Source: a virus
Lineage: Duplodnaviria; Caudoviricetes
Strand: one strand, 5' to 3'
Virus record (IMG/VR): IMGVR_UViG_3300030330_004274
Location: 96,001-160,000 of that record
Length of the DNA: 64,000 nucleotides
Part shown: piece after piece, positions 53,826-62,636 of the stretch
How the letters are laid out: every line of letters starts with the position of its first letter
Numbering within the stretch: position 1 is the stretch's first letter
Position numbers and translations under genes: made by a program
Notes under the pieces: generated by a model
Told to the model about the DNA's origin: nothing
The model's input: the letters and a program-made list of their open reading frames with translations, nothing else
The model's database searches: none

Positions 53826-54208
53826 TGGCTGTTCAACAAATAACACATAAAAAAATTATAAAGTATGATACTTCTAATCCTAACTATAAGGAAACACCTA
53901 AACCTAAACAAGAGGTAAGTGGTAATGTTAGAGAGGATGAAGATGTTTATGGTGAAAAAAAACATACTTACACACCCGAACCAAATGGTAATTTACAAAT
54001 GGAACAGATGATGGGTAAGTTGATGAATAAATTAGATAACTTTGATTCACCAAGTCAAACAGGTACAAAGGCAATAGAAGTAGATATAAAAAGAGAGATT
54101 GCTATAGGTAAAGTTGATACGAGTGCAGTCCAATCACAAGAATTTAAAGGTAAAGTTAAAAATAAAAAAGATAAACTAAAAGCATTGAGAAGAAGAAATG
54201 GCCGTTAA
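53825..54208 (+). CDS. Hypothetical protein, C-terminal paralogue of 35635
   Basis: AIEVDIKREIAIGKVDTSAVQSQEFKGKVKNKKDKLKALR. Confidence 0.7.
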   Translation: MAVQQITHKKIIKYDTSNPNYKETPKPKQEVSGNVREDEDVYGEKKHTYTPEPNGNLQMEQMMGKLMNKLDNFDSPSQTGTKAIEVDIKREIAIGKVDTSAVQSQEFKGKVKNKKDKLKALRRRNGR

Positions 54209-55079
54209 ACCAATAACAAATAAACAAGTAGTAAGTAGAGGGATAGTTAATAGAGAAAAACAAGTTAGCACTCGAAACATAAGTGGTAATCAATCTAAAA
54301 CTGTCGTACCTGGTTTAAATTTTGGAAAAAATCATGCAATAACACTTAAAGATATTGACACTTCTATTATGTCATATGTTAAAAATGTGATGAATCCAAA
54401 AATAAGAGAGGCAAATGAATCTGTAAAAGTACCAGTTATGTATGGTAATGAAGAAAGATGGAAAGCGGTTAGAAAAAGAGGAGTGTTAAGAGATAAAGAT
54501 GGTACTGTTATTTTACCTTTAATAGTTATGAAAAGAAATGATACTACATTTAATGATACAATGATTAAATCAGATTTTGATATTGAAAATGAATATCATC
54601 AGATAATTAGAAGTAATAAATGGTCAAAAACAAATAGATATGATAATTTTTCAGTTCAAACAGGTATCCAACCAGTAAATAACTTGATTGTGACAGGAGT
54701 ACCAGATTTTATAGTATGTACATATTCTTTTGTAATTTTAACAAATTTTATAGAACAAGTTAATCAATTAACAGAATTATTTATTGAACATGCTAATAAA
54801 TATTGGGGTGATTCAACAGATTATAAATTTTTAGCAAAGTTAGAGGGTGGTATTGCTGATGCATCAGAATTGACCGTTGATGGTGAAAGATTAATTAAAA
54901 ATGAATTTTCTATAACAGTAAATGCATACATATCACCAGAATTTACAGAAACTATTCTTGGTAAAATTGCAGAAACAAAAATGGTGCCTACTGTTGGTAA
55001 AGTTACATTTAATGAAGGCAGTTCAGATGCTACTTCTCAACAAATTGCATCCCCAAGAAATATTGAACAAGGTAGTTAA
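54198..55079 (+). CDS. Tail completion/sheath stabiliser (T4 gp15-like)
   Basis: KVPVMYGNEERW...LPLI motif, VPDF...YSF..TN..EQ.NQL.E, and position. Confidence 0.75.
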   Translation: MAVKPITNKQVVSRGIVNREKQVSTRNISGNQSKTVVPGLNFGKNHAITLKDIDTSIMSYVKNVMNPKIREANESVKVPVMYGNEERWKAVRKRGVLRDKDGTVILPLIVMKRNDTTFNDTMIKSDFDIENEYHQIIRSNKWSKTNRYDNFSVQTGIQPVNNLIVTGVPDFIVCTYSFVILTNFIEQVNQLTELFIEHANKYWGDSTDYKFLAKLEGGIADASELTVDGERLIKNEFSITVNAYISPEFTETILGKIAETKMVPTVGKVTFNEGSSDATSQQIASPRNIEQGS

Positions 55080-55109
55080 AAAAAAATTGATGTTTTTATA
55101 AAGTTATAT

Positions 55110-55121
55110 ATACTTATATAT
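55110..55121 (+). promoter_or_regulatory. Late-promoter-like motif variant ATACTTATATAT
   Basis: Matches the 5109 copy. Confidence 0.55.
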
Positions 55122-55153
55122 AAGAAAACATTTAACAATGGAGGTTATTAATA

Positions 55154-55450
55154 ATGGCAGAACCAATTAAATTCACAGAAGAAGAAAAAAAACAAGTTGT
55201 AGATATTAGAAACAACTATCAAAATGTTCAAATTAGATTTGGAGAGTTTGCTCTTTATAAATTAAAGGTAGAAGAAGATTATGAAGCTTTGAATGTCTTG
55301 GAAGATAATTTAAGAAAAGAGTATAAATCTATTCAGAAAAGTGAACAAGAACTCATTGATGGATTAACAAAAAAATATGGTACAGGTACTCTGAACCCAA
55401 CTACAGGTGAGTTCACACCAGATGCATCTACTGAAAAACCTAAAAAATAA
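55154..55450 (+). CDS. Coiled-coil protein (possible assembly chaperone)
   Basis: Heptad repeats, KYGTGTLNPTTGEF tail, GGAGG SD. Confidence 0.55.
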   Translation: MAEPIKFTEEEKKQVVDIRNNYQNVQIRFGEFALYKLKVEEDYEALNVLEDNLRKEYKSIQKSEQELIDGLTKKYGTGTLNPTTGEFTPDASTEKPKK

Positions 55451-55495
55451 TTTTTAATTTAAAAAAATAAATGTATCGTTTGGAGATTGAGTCAT

Positions 55496-55511
55496 ATATT
55501 TATATATGAAT
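55496..55511 (+). promoter_or_regulatory. Late-promoter-like motif ATATTTATATATGAAT
   Basis: Exact copy upstream of the sheath gene. Confidence 0.7.
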
Positions 55512-55585
55512 AAATCAGGTCATTCTGATACATTAATGTATATTCAAACTTATAAGTTAACAAATTAATTTTAGGAGAACTCCCA

Positions 55586-57439
55586 ATGGCAGAAAAAGTA
55601 ATTTCCCCAGGCGTGTTTACCAATGAGGTAGACCAAACCTTTTTACCGGCGGCAATCGGTGATATAGGGGCTGCTTTAGTTGGTCCGACTGTAAAAGGTC
55701 CAGCTATGGTGCCAACAGTTGTATCTACCTACTCTCAATACCAAGCAATCTTCGGAGATGTGGTTGAGAGTGGTTCAACAAAGATTCAATTCTTGACATC
55801 ACACGCAGCACAAGAATATTTAAAACATTCAGATAGTTTAACAGTAGTAAGAATTTTAGATGGTACATTCGGTGGAGCTTCCGCAAATGTATTGACTGGT
55901 AGTAATGTGGCAGGTGGTAAAGCATTTACTGGTAGTTATGCAAAAAGTGGTACTCAAAACGCTGATGCTGATGCTCATTGTTTTAAATTACATACACTTG
56001 CAGATGGTGCAGTAATGAACAATAGTGGTTCAGTAGGAACTAATATGGTGTTAGATAGAGGTGGTTCTGATGATAATGTAAGGTATGAGATTACTTCGGT
56101 TAATTACAATAAAGGAACATTTACATTATTAATAAGAAGAGGTAGTGATGTTCATAATAGAAAACAAATTCTTGAAACATTTACTAATGTAAATCTTGAC
56201 CCTAACTCAAATAATTATATTGCAAAAGCAGTAGGTGATTCTTTTTTATCAATTCAAGGCACGGATGATGCACCTTATTTATCTTATACAGGTGAGTATC
56301 CACCAAAGTCTAACTATGTTAGAGTTGAAGTACTTAAAAAAACAATTGATTATTTAGATGAAAATGGTAATATAAGAAGTAATGCATTATCAGCATCTTT
56401 ACCAGCTCCAGGTAGTGGCTCAGTTCACGGTGCATTTAGTGGTGGAGATAACGGAGTTGCAGGATTTAATTCATCAGGTAGTACAGCAGGAACTGCTGCA
56501 GCAGCCGCATATAAATTCTATGAAAATATAGCATCTGCAGGTTCACAAGGATTTGTATTATCAAGTGGTGCTGATGGAACAAATGCTTATAAAAAAGCAT
56601 TAAATTTATTGGCTAACCAAGATGAATTTGATATTAATATGATAATGTTACCAGGTATTGTGGATAGTTTAGGTGGTGGACATACAGCAACAATCACAAA
56701 GGCTATTGAAGTTTGTGAAAATAGAGGTGATTGTTTCCTTGTATATGATACCGTTCCATATAATACAAGTGCAGTTTCAACTGTAACTGCTCAAGCAGCA
56801 ACAAGAGAATCAAATTATGCAGCAACATATTGGCCTTGGGTTCAAGTTCAAGATTCTCAATTAGGAACATTGAGATGGGTGCCACCTTCAGTAGTACTTC
56901 CAAGTGTGTATGCTTTTAATGATAAAGTTGCACAGCCTTGGTTTGCTCCTGCTGGTTTAAATCGTGGTGGTATTGATGTTGCGGTTCAAGCAGAAAGAAA
57001 ATTAACTCAAGGAAATCGTGATGATTTATATGATGCAAATGTTAATCCAATTGCTACTTTCCCTGGTCAAGGCGTTGTGGTATTTGGACAAAAAACTCTA
57101 CAAAAGAAAGCATCTTCATTAGATAGAGTGAATGTAAGAAGATTACTTATTAGAGTTAAGAAGTTCATTGCATCATCTTCAAGATTCCTTGTGTTTGAAC
57201 AAAATACAGAGGCTACAAGAAGAAGATTCTTGAATATTGCTAATCCTTATTTAGAACAAGTTCAATCACAAAGTGGATTGAGTGCATTTAAAGTGATAAT
57301 GGATGAAACAAATAATACACCTGATTCAATTGATAGAAATCAATTAATCGGACAGTTGTTCTTACAACCAACAAGAACTGCTGAGTTTATTATTCTTGAT
57401 TTCACCGTTCAACCGACTGGTGCTACTTTTCCAGAGTAA
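55586..57439 (+). CDS. Tail sheath protein (gp18-like)
   Basis: ISPGVF.NEVD, PWFAPAGLNRG, GQKTL...LDRVNVRRL, PTRTAEFI motifs. Confidence 0.97.
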   Translation: MAEKVISPGVFTNEVDQTFLPAAIGDIGAALVGPTVKGPAMVPTVVSTYSQYQAIFGDVVESGSTKIQFLTSHAAQEYLKHSDSLTVVRILDGTFGGASANVLTGSNVAGGKAFTGSYAKSGTQNADADAHCFKLHTLADGAVMNNSGSVGTNMVLDRGGSDDNVRYEITSVNYNKGTFTLLIRRGSDVHNRKQILETFTNVNLDPNSNNYIAKAVGDSFLSIQGTDDAPYLSYTGEYPPKSNYVRVEVLKKTIDYLDENGNIRSNALSASLPAPGSGSVHGAFSGGDNGVAGFNSSGSTAGTAAAAAYKFYENIASAGSQGFVLSSGADGTNAYKKALNLLANQDEFDINMIMLPGIVDSLGGGHTATITKAIEVCENRGDCFLVYDTVPYNTSAVSTVTAQAATRESNYAATYWPWVQVQDSQLGTLRWVPPSVVLPSVYAFNDKVAQPWFAPAGLNRGGIDVAVQAERKLTQGNRDDLYDANVNPIATFPGQGVVVFGQKTLQKKASSLDRVNVRRLLIRVKKFIASSSRFLVFEQNTEATRRRFLNIANPYLEQVQSQSGLSAFKVIMDETNNTPDSIDRNQLIGQLFLQPTRTAEFIILDFTVQPTGATFPE

Positions 57440-57460
57440 TTAGGAAATAAGTAAATAACT

Positions 57461-57500
57461 AAAAAAAGGGAAAATTTAATAAAGTTTTCCCTTTTTTTTT
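57461..57500 (+). terminator. Rho-independent terminator
   Basis: AAAAAAAGGGAAAA...TTTTCCCTTTTTTTTT. Confidence 0.8.
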
Positions 57501-57509
57501 AAATTATAG

Positions 57510-57522
57510 ATATTTATATATG
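57510..57522 (+). promoter_or_regulatory. Late-promoter-like motif ATATTTATATATG
   Basis: Upstream of the tube gene. Confidence 0.65.
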
Positions 57523-57562
57523 TAAAAACATATGTAAGTTTTTCAGAAATAGGAGAATTTTA

Positions 57563-58051
57563 ATGGCAACAGTATTAGAACCACAAGATATAATGTTTAC
57601 ACCATTTGAACCTAAATTAAAAAATAGGTTCATAATGAGAATTGATGGTATTCCTGCGTACTTAATTAAAACCGCTGGTAGACCACAGATAACATTTGAT
57701 GAAGTTGAATTAAATCATATGAATGTTACAAGGTATGTTAAAGGTAAAGGTAAATGGCAAGCTTTACAGGTAACATTGTATGACCCAGTTGTTCCTTCTG
57801 CTTCTCAAGCAGTGATGGAATGGGTAAGATTATCACACGAATCAGTAACTGGTAGAGATGGATATTCTGATTTCTATAAGAAAGAAGTGACATTTAATGT
57901 GTTAGGACCAGTAGGTGATGTAGTAGAAGAATGGATACTAAAAGGTTGTTATATCACAGATGCACAATTTGGTGATTTAGACTTCGGTTCTTCAGACCCT
58001 GCTGAAATTACACTATCTTTACGATACGATTACGCAATACTTCAATTCTAA
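57563..58051 (+). CDS. Tail tube protein (gp19-like)
   Basis: Follows sheath. FEPKLKNRF...W.L.G......G.LD....P.EITL.L.YDY. Confidence 0.9.
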   Translation: MATVLEPQDIMFTPFEPKLKNRFIMRIDGIPAYLIKTAGRPQITFDEVELNHMNVTRYVKGKGKWQALQVTLYDPVVPSASQAVMEWVRLSHESVTGRDGYSDFYKKEVTFNVLGPVGDVVEEWILKGCYITDAQFGDLDFGSSDPAEITLSLRYDYAILQF

Positions 58052-58075
58052 AAGATAAACATAAATATAGTATAG

Positions 58076-58111
58076 AAAAACCTTCAATAAAAAAATATTG
58101 AGGGTTTTTTT
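58076..58111 (+). terminator. Rho-independent terminator
   Basis: AAAAACCTTCAATA-loop-TATTGAGGGTTTTTTT. Confidence 0.8.
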
Positions 58112-58120
58112 ATTTTGTAT

Positions 58121-58136
58121 ATATTTATATATGAAT
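58121..58136 (+). promoter_or_regulatory. Late-promoter-like motif ATATTTATATATGAAT
   Basis: Exact copy of the motif. Confidence 0.7.
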
Positions 58137-58151
58137 TAGTTATGAGGTTTT

Positions 58152-58631
58152 ATGAAAAGTACATTTAATGAAATAATAGAAGTGGTTTTAGAACACGAAG
58201 GTGGTTATGTGAATGACCCTGATGATGCCGGTGGTGAAACCAAGTATGGAATCGCCAAAAGATGGTATCCAGATGTTGATATTAAAAATCTAACAAAAGA
58301 ACAAGCTAAAAAAATATATCATACAGACTATTGGAGACGAGGAAAGTGTGATGATGTTCCTCCACAATTAAGACATATATACTTTGATATGTGTGTTAAT
58401 TTTGGTAGAAGAGGAGCTGTAAAGGTTTTACAACAGGCTGCTAATTCTAAAAACAGAAACAAAATTGAAGTTGATGGTGGTATGGGCCCAATGACTTTAA
58501 AAGCCATACAAAACATAAGTGTGGATAGAGTGAGAGCGTATAGAGTTTTAAGATTTGCTAACATAGTTATCGACAAACCAAACCAAGAAAAGTTTTGGAT
58601 GGGTTGGTTTAGACGAGCATTAGAAGTTTAA
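58152..58631 (+). CDS. Glycoside hydrolase family 108 endolysin with peptidoglycan-binding C-domain
   Basis: HEGGYVNDPDDAGGETKYGI, FD.CVN.G, VDG.MGP.T and GW..R motifs. Confidence 0.9.
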   Translation: MKSTFNEIIEVVLEHEGGYVNDPDDAGGETKYGIAKRWYPDVDIKNLTKEQAKKIYHTDYWRRGKCDDVPPQLRHIYFDMCVNFGRRGAVKVLQQAANSKNRNKIEVDGGMGPMTLKAIQNISVDRVRAYRVLRFANIVIDKPNQEKFWMGWFRRALEV

Positions 58632-58651
58632 GTTACATAGGAGATTAAATA

Positions 58652-59434
58652 ATGGCAGAAGCTAAAGAAAATAAAACACAAGAAAAACAAACTTTTCAAT
58701 TTCCAACAGAGGTTATTGATTTACCAACGAAGGGTCTTTGTTATTCAAAAGAATCCCCTTTAAGTAAGGGTACACTTGAGATTAAATATATGACTGCGAA
58801 AGAAGAAGATATTCTTACATCACAGAATTTAATCAAAAAAGGTATTGTAATTGATAAATTATTAGATTCACTTATCGTAACACCTGGTGTTACAACAAAT
58901 GATTTAACTATTGGTGATAAAAATGCTGTTATGATAGCTGCTAGAATATTAGCATATGGTGCAGAATATAGTTGTGAAGTTGTTAATCCTACTACTGGTG
59001 AAAAACTTAATCATACATTTAATCTGGCAGAATGTGAATTTTCAGAACCTGTAGAAGGTATTGATTATTCTAATGGTGTATTTGATATTGAACTTCCAAT
59101 TAGTAAAGTAAATATTAAATTTAAACTTTTGACTGGTGCAGATGAAAAAATAATGGAAAAGGATATTGCAGGACTTAAAAAAATAGGACAAACTGCAGAA
59201 ATTACCACAAGGTTAAAAAGATTAATAGTTGAAGTAAATGGCGAAACAAGTCAAGCAACAATAAATAATTTTGTTGATAATATGTTATCAAGAGATTCTT
59301 TATTTTTAAGAGATTATGTAAAAGAAGTATCACCAGATATAGATTTAACTCAAGAAATTGACATAGAAGGAGAAACCGTCAAGGTAGTAATACCAATGAC
59401 GGTAAACTTTTTTTGGCCTAACTCCCAGTCATAG
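58652..59434 (+). CDS. Baseplate hub/tail assembly chaperone (gp26/gp51-like), short form
   Basis: IDLPTKG..Y, MTAKEEDIL, P.IDL...IPMTVNFFWP. Lies upstream of the tape measure gene. Confidence 0.75.
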   Translation: MAEAKENKTQEKQTFQFPTEVIDLPTKGLCYSKESPLSKGTLEIKYMTAKEEDILTSQNLIKKGIVIDKLLDSLIVTPGVTTNDLTIGDKNAVMIAARILAYGAEYSCEVVNPTTGEKLNHTFNLAECEFSEPVEGIDYSNGVFDIELPISKVNIKFKLLTGADEKIMEKDIAGLKKIGQTAEITTRLKRLIVEVNGETSQATINNFVDNMLSRDSLFLRDYVKEVSPDIDLTQEIDIEGETVKVVIPMTVNFFWPNSQS

Positions 59435-59642
59435 AATCCAAATTCACGAAACAATTTTTCAAATGTTGTATAACTCACAAGGTGGTTTTACTTGGGGTGA
59501 GTTATATACCATGCCTGTATATTTAAGGTCTTTTTATGCAAAACAATTAATAGAGGCAAAAAAGAGAGAAAAAGAAGAAATGGATAAACAAAGAAATAAA
59601 TCGGGTAGAACACCATCAATACCATCTGTGCCTCGTAGATAA
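59409..59642 (+). CDS. Frameshift extension of the tail chaperone (+1/-2 frame)
   Basis: Frame opens at 59406, just before the T7 run at 59408-59414. Encodes FFGLTPSHRIQIHETIFQM...FTWGELYTMPVYLRSFY. No SD of its own. Confidence 0.65.
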   Translation, partial: FFGLTPSHRIQIHETIFQMLYNSQGGFTWGELYTMPVYLRSFYAKQLIEAKKREKEEMDKQRNKSGRTPSIPSVPRR

Positions 59643-59666
59643 TCAATATAATTTTTCACAATTTTG

Positions 59667-59682
59667 ATATTTATATATGAAT
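59667..59682 (+). promoter_or_regulatory. Late-promoter-like motif ATATTTATATATGAAT
   Basis: Exact copy of the motif. Confidence 0.7.
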
Positions 59683-59707
59683 AGATACATCTAATTAGGA
59701 GAGTATT

Positions 59708-59980
59708 ATGTCGAAGAAAAAATCATATATGAATAAATCAAATATTCTAAAAGAAAACTTTCTAACAGATTTCTTTAAAAAAATGTTTCGCAGTACAGGT
59801 GAAGATAAAGTTATGAAAAAATTAAAAAAAGTACCTGGAATGGCTGCAAAAATTAAACAAGCAGCAAAAGATATGAGAGCTTTAGATAAAGATATGAATA
59901 AAAGAGGTTATATATGGAAACCAGAAAAAGGTGGGTGGGTTGATAAAAAAACAGGTAAAAACCCATTCGGTGAATTTTAA
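59708..59980 (+). CDS. Small basic hypothetical protein
   Basis: AGGAG SD, N-terminal ...NILKE motif. Confidence 0.65.
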   Translation: MSKKKSYMNKSNILKENFLTDFFKKMFRSTGEDKVMKKLKKVPGMAAKIKQAAKDMRALDKDMNKRGYIWKPEKGGWVDKKTGKNPFGEF

Positions 59981-60008
59981 AAATACTTTTCAATTATAGG
60001 GAAAAATT

Positions 60009-62624
60009 ATGGCCGAAAAAGATATACCAATAAATGACCAATCCGTTGATGATGCATCCTCAAGTATCGGTGAAGCGATTCAAAGTGCCGGGTCGGAGAT
60101 TTCAAAAAAGATAAAGAAAAATCTTGTATCTGGAGGTGATAAACTTGTTGATAATTTTCTAAAATCTCTTTCTTCAACTGTAGTTGAAATGAAAACTGAA
60201 TTAGAAAAGGGTGGTGATGGAATTTTTAGTACAGATAAGGCACAAGAAGTAGGAAAAGCTTTTGCTGAATCTGCAGAGGGTCTTGCTTCTGGTATAGTAT
60301 CTTCTGAAGACTTTAAAAAAATAGCAGAAAACCTTCTTTCTATTATAGGACCAGATTCACAATTAGCTAAGGATATTCAAACAACATTAAATAATTTAGA
60401 AATCAAAGATGTAAGAGATAAACTTAAATCTGGAATTGATGAGGGTGTTGAGGGTGCCCTGCAGAATTTGCCGTCCAATTGGTTTACTAAAGCGATAGGT
60501 ATGGATGCAGCCATTAACGATGGGGCCAAAGAGTTTTTTCAAAAATTTTCTAAAGCAGGAATGGCAGTTGGTCAATTTATTTCTAAAAATTGGAAATTAG
60601 CATTAGGAGCAGCATTAATTGCAGGTGCATTCTTAGCAATAGATGACCAAGTTAATGCTATTGGTGATAACTTTGGTGCTGTAAGTAATCAGATGCAAGC
60701 CGATTTAATCACATTACGAGCAGATTTTGCTAGATTAGGAATGTCTGCAGAAGATTTGGCTGCCACCGTACAAGGATTAAGTGGTGATTTTGGTCTATCA
60801 GTAGAAAGGGCAAAAGAGTTAGCACCTGGTATTGCAGACACATCTAAAGCATTAGGGGTAAGTGCTCAAGAGGGTACAAAATTAGTTGGAATACTAATGA
60901 AAACATCAGGTTTATCAGCAGAACAGGCACAGAATTTCTTAAAGGGTGCAGAAATGATGGCAAGAACTGCTGGAATCGCACCTGGTGTTCTTATGAAAGA
61001 TATAGCAAATGCCAGTGAAGAGTTTGCACTGTTTTCAAAAGATGGTGGTGAGAATATGGCAAAAGCTGCAGTTACTGCAAGAAAGTTTGGTATGGAATTA
61101 TCTACTCTTGCTAAAACTGCAAAAGGTTTATTAAATTTCCAAGATAGTTTAAATGCAGAATTAGAAGCAAGTATAATGATAGGTAGGAACATCAATCTTC
61201 AAAAAGCAAGACAACTTGCACTTGAAGGTGATATAGCAGGTGTTGCAATGGAGATTTCAAGAATCGTAGGAGGTCAGGCAGAGTTTGAAAAAATGAGTGT
61301 TCTTGAAAGAGAAGCATTGGCTAATGCAGTTGGTTTAAGTGTAGAGGAATTATCTAAATTTGTAAGTTTACAAGGAAAATCAAATGCAGAATTAAAAAGA
61401 ACAACTGATTTTGATGTATCGGAAGTTGTTGGTGAGGATGCAATTGGTAATGTAACACAATTAAAAAATGAATTAGAAGTTGCTAAACTTCAAATATTAG
61501 GATTTGTTGCATCAATTGCAAATCTTGGTGGGATATTTGGAGATGTAAATCCTCTTGTACAAGTATTGATTTTAGGTACACTTGCATTAACAGCATATTT
61601 TGGATTTTTAATAATAAAAACATTGGCACAAGCAGCGGCAAATAGATTTTTGGCCAAATCATTTGAAAAGTTAGGTAAGGCAAAAGCAAAAGCAGATGTG
61701 CCGCCAAAAGGTGGTGGTATTGGGAAAAGTTTAATGAAAATGGGAAAAAATTTACTTCCATTGGCAGGCTCAATGATTCTGATTGCAGGTGCAGTTTTCA
61801 TTTTAGCTAAAGCATTTCAAGGATTTAGTGATGTTACTTGGGATGGAGTTTCAAAGGGTATAACCGTGATGGTTGCATTTACAGCAATGGTATTGGTTAT
61901 AGGTGCTTTTGCGGCAATAGGTATAAAACTTTCTCTTGCAATATTGATATTGGCTGTTGCTGTAGGTGTATTAGCTTTAGCAATGATGGGATTTGCCAAA
62001 GGTTCTGAAATGTTTATTCCCTTTTTAGATTGGGTAGTAGAGAATGGGCTTGCTGCGTTCTTCCCATTAATGGCACTTGGTCTCGCATTTAGTTTATTAT
62101 CTACTTTGTTACTTTTTGCATCGGCTGGTATTTTAATTGCATTACCAGGTTTGATAATTTTAACAGGTTTCTTGGCATTGATGACAATTATTCTACCAGG
62201 TATAGCATCGGGTATGGAAACATTTAGTACCGCACTTACACCTTTACTTGATAGAGTTGGAGAAGTTGGTCAACTTGCAATAGCACTTGCAGGTTTAGCA
62301 GGTTCAATGTTTATGTTATCAGGTGCGTTATTGGCAGTTGGATTGGCTGGAGTATTTGCATTACCTACTCTTATGGCATTAGGAATAGGTGGTGGTATGT
62401 TTCTTGCTACTACTGGTGGTGATGGTGGAGCAGAAGGTGAAGGTACAAATACAAAAGATTTATATGACCAATTAGTACTGATGAATGGAAGATTAGCAAC
62501 TCTTGAAGAGAACTTTCATAAAAATTGGGTGCCAGCAATTGTGGAATCTAATGTGGATGGAGCTAAGAAAGGTGCTAAAGAACAAGGTAGAATTATGACA
62601 CAGAATTTAGGGTTTGCAGATTAA
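60009..62624 (+). CDS. Tape measure protein
   Basis: Ala/Gly-rich helical sequence, LNLQKAR-like AELEAS...INLQKARQLAL.GD motif, long hydrophobic C-half, follows the chaperone. Confidence 0.85.
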   Translation: MAEKDIPINDQSVDDASSSIGEAIQSAGSEISKKIKKNLVSGGDKLVDNFLKSLSSTVVEMKTELEKGGDGIFSTDKAQEVGKAFAESAEGLASGIVSSEDFKKIAENLLSIIGPDSQLAKDIQTTLNNLEIKDVRDKLKSGIDEGVEGALQNLPSNWFTKAIGMDAAINDGAKEFFQKFSKAGMAVGQFISKNWKLALGAALIAGAFLAIDDQVNAIGDNFGAVSNQMQADLITLRADFARLGMSAEDLAATVQGLSGDFGLSVERAKELAPGIADTSKALGVSAQEGTKLVGILMKTSGLSAEQAQNFLKGAEMMARTAGIAPGVLMKDIANASEEFALFSKDGGENMAKAAVTARKFGMELSTLAKTAKGLLNFQDSLNAELEASIMIGRNINLQKARQLALEGDIAGVAMEISRIVGGQAEFEKMSVLEREALANAVGLSVEELSKFVSLQGKSNAELKRTTDFDVSEVVGEDAIGNVTQLKNELEVAKLQILGFVASIANLGGIFGDVNPLVQVLILGTLALTAYFGFLIIKTLAQAAANRFLAKSFEKLGKAKAKADVPPKGGGIGKSLMKMGKNLLPLAGSMILIAGAVFILAKAFQGFSDVTWDGVSKGITVMVAFTAMVLVIGAFAAIGIKLSLAILILAVAVGVLALAMMGFAKGSEMFIPFLDWVVENGLAAFFPLMALGLAFSLLSTLLLFASAGILIALPGLIILTGFLALMTIILPGIASGMETFSTALTPLLDRVGEVGQLAIALAGLAGSMFMLSGALLAVGLAGVFALPTLMALGIGGGMFLATTGGDGGAEGEGTNTKDLYDQLVLMNGRLATLEENFHKNWVPAIVESNVDGAKKGAKEQGRIMTQNLGFAD

Positions 62625-62636
62625 TGGAGATAATAA

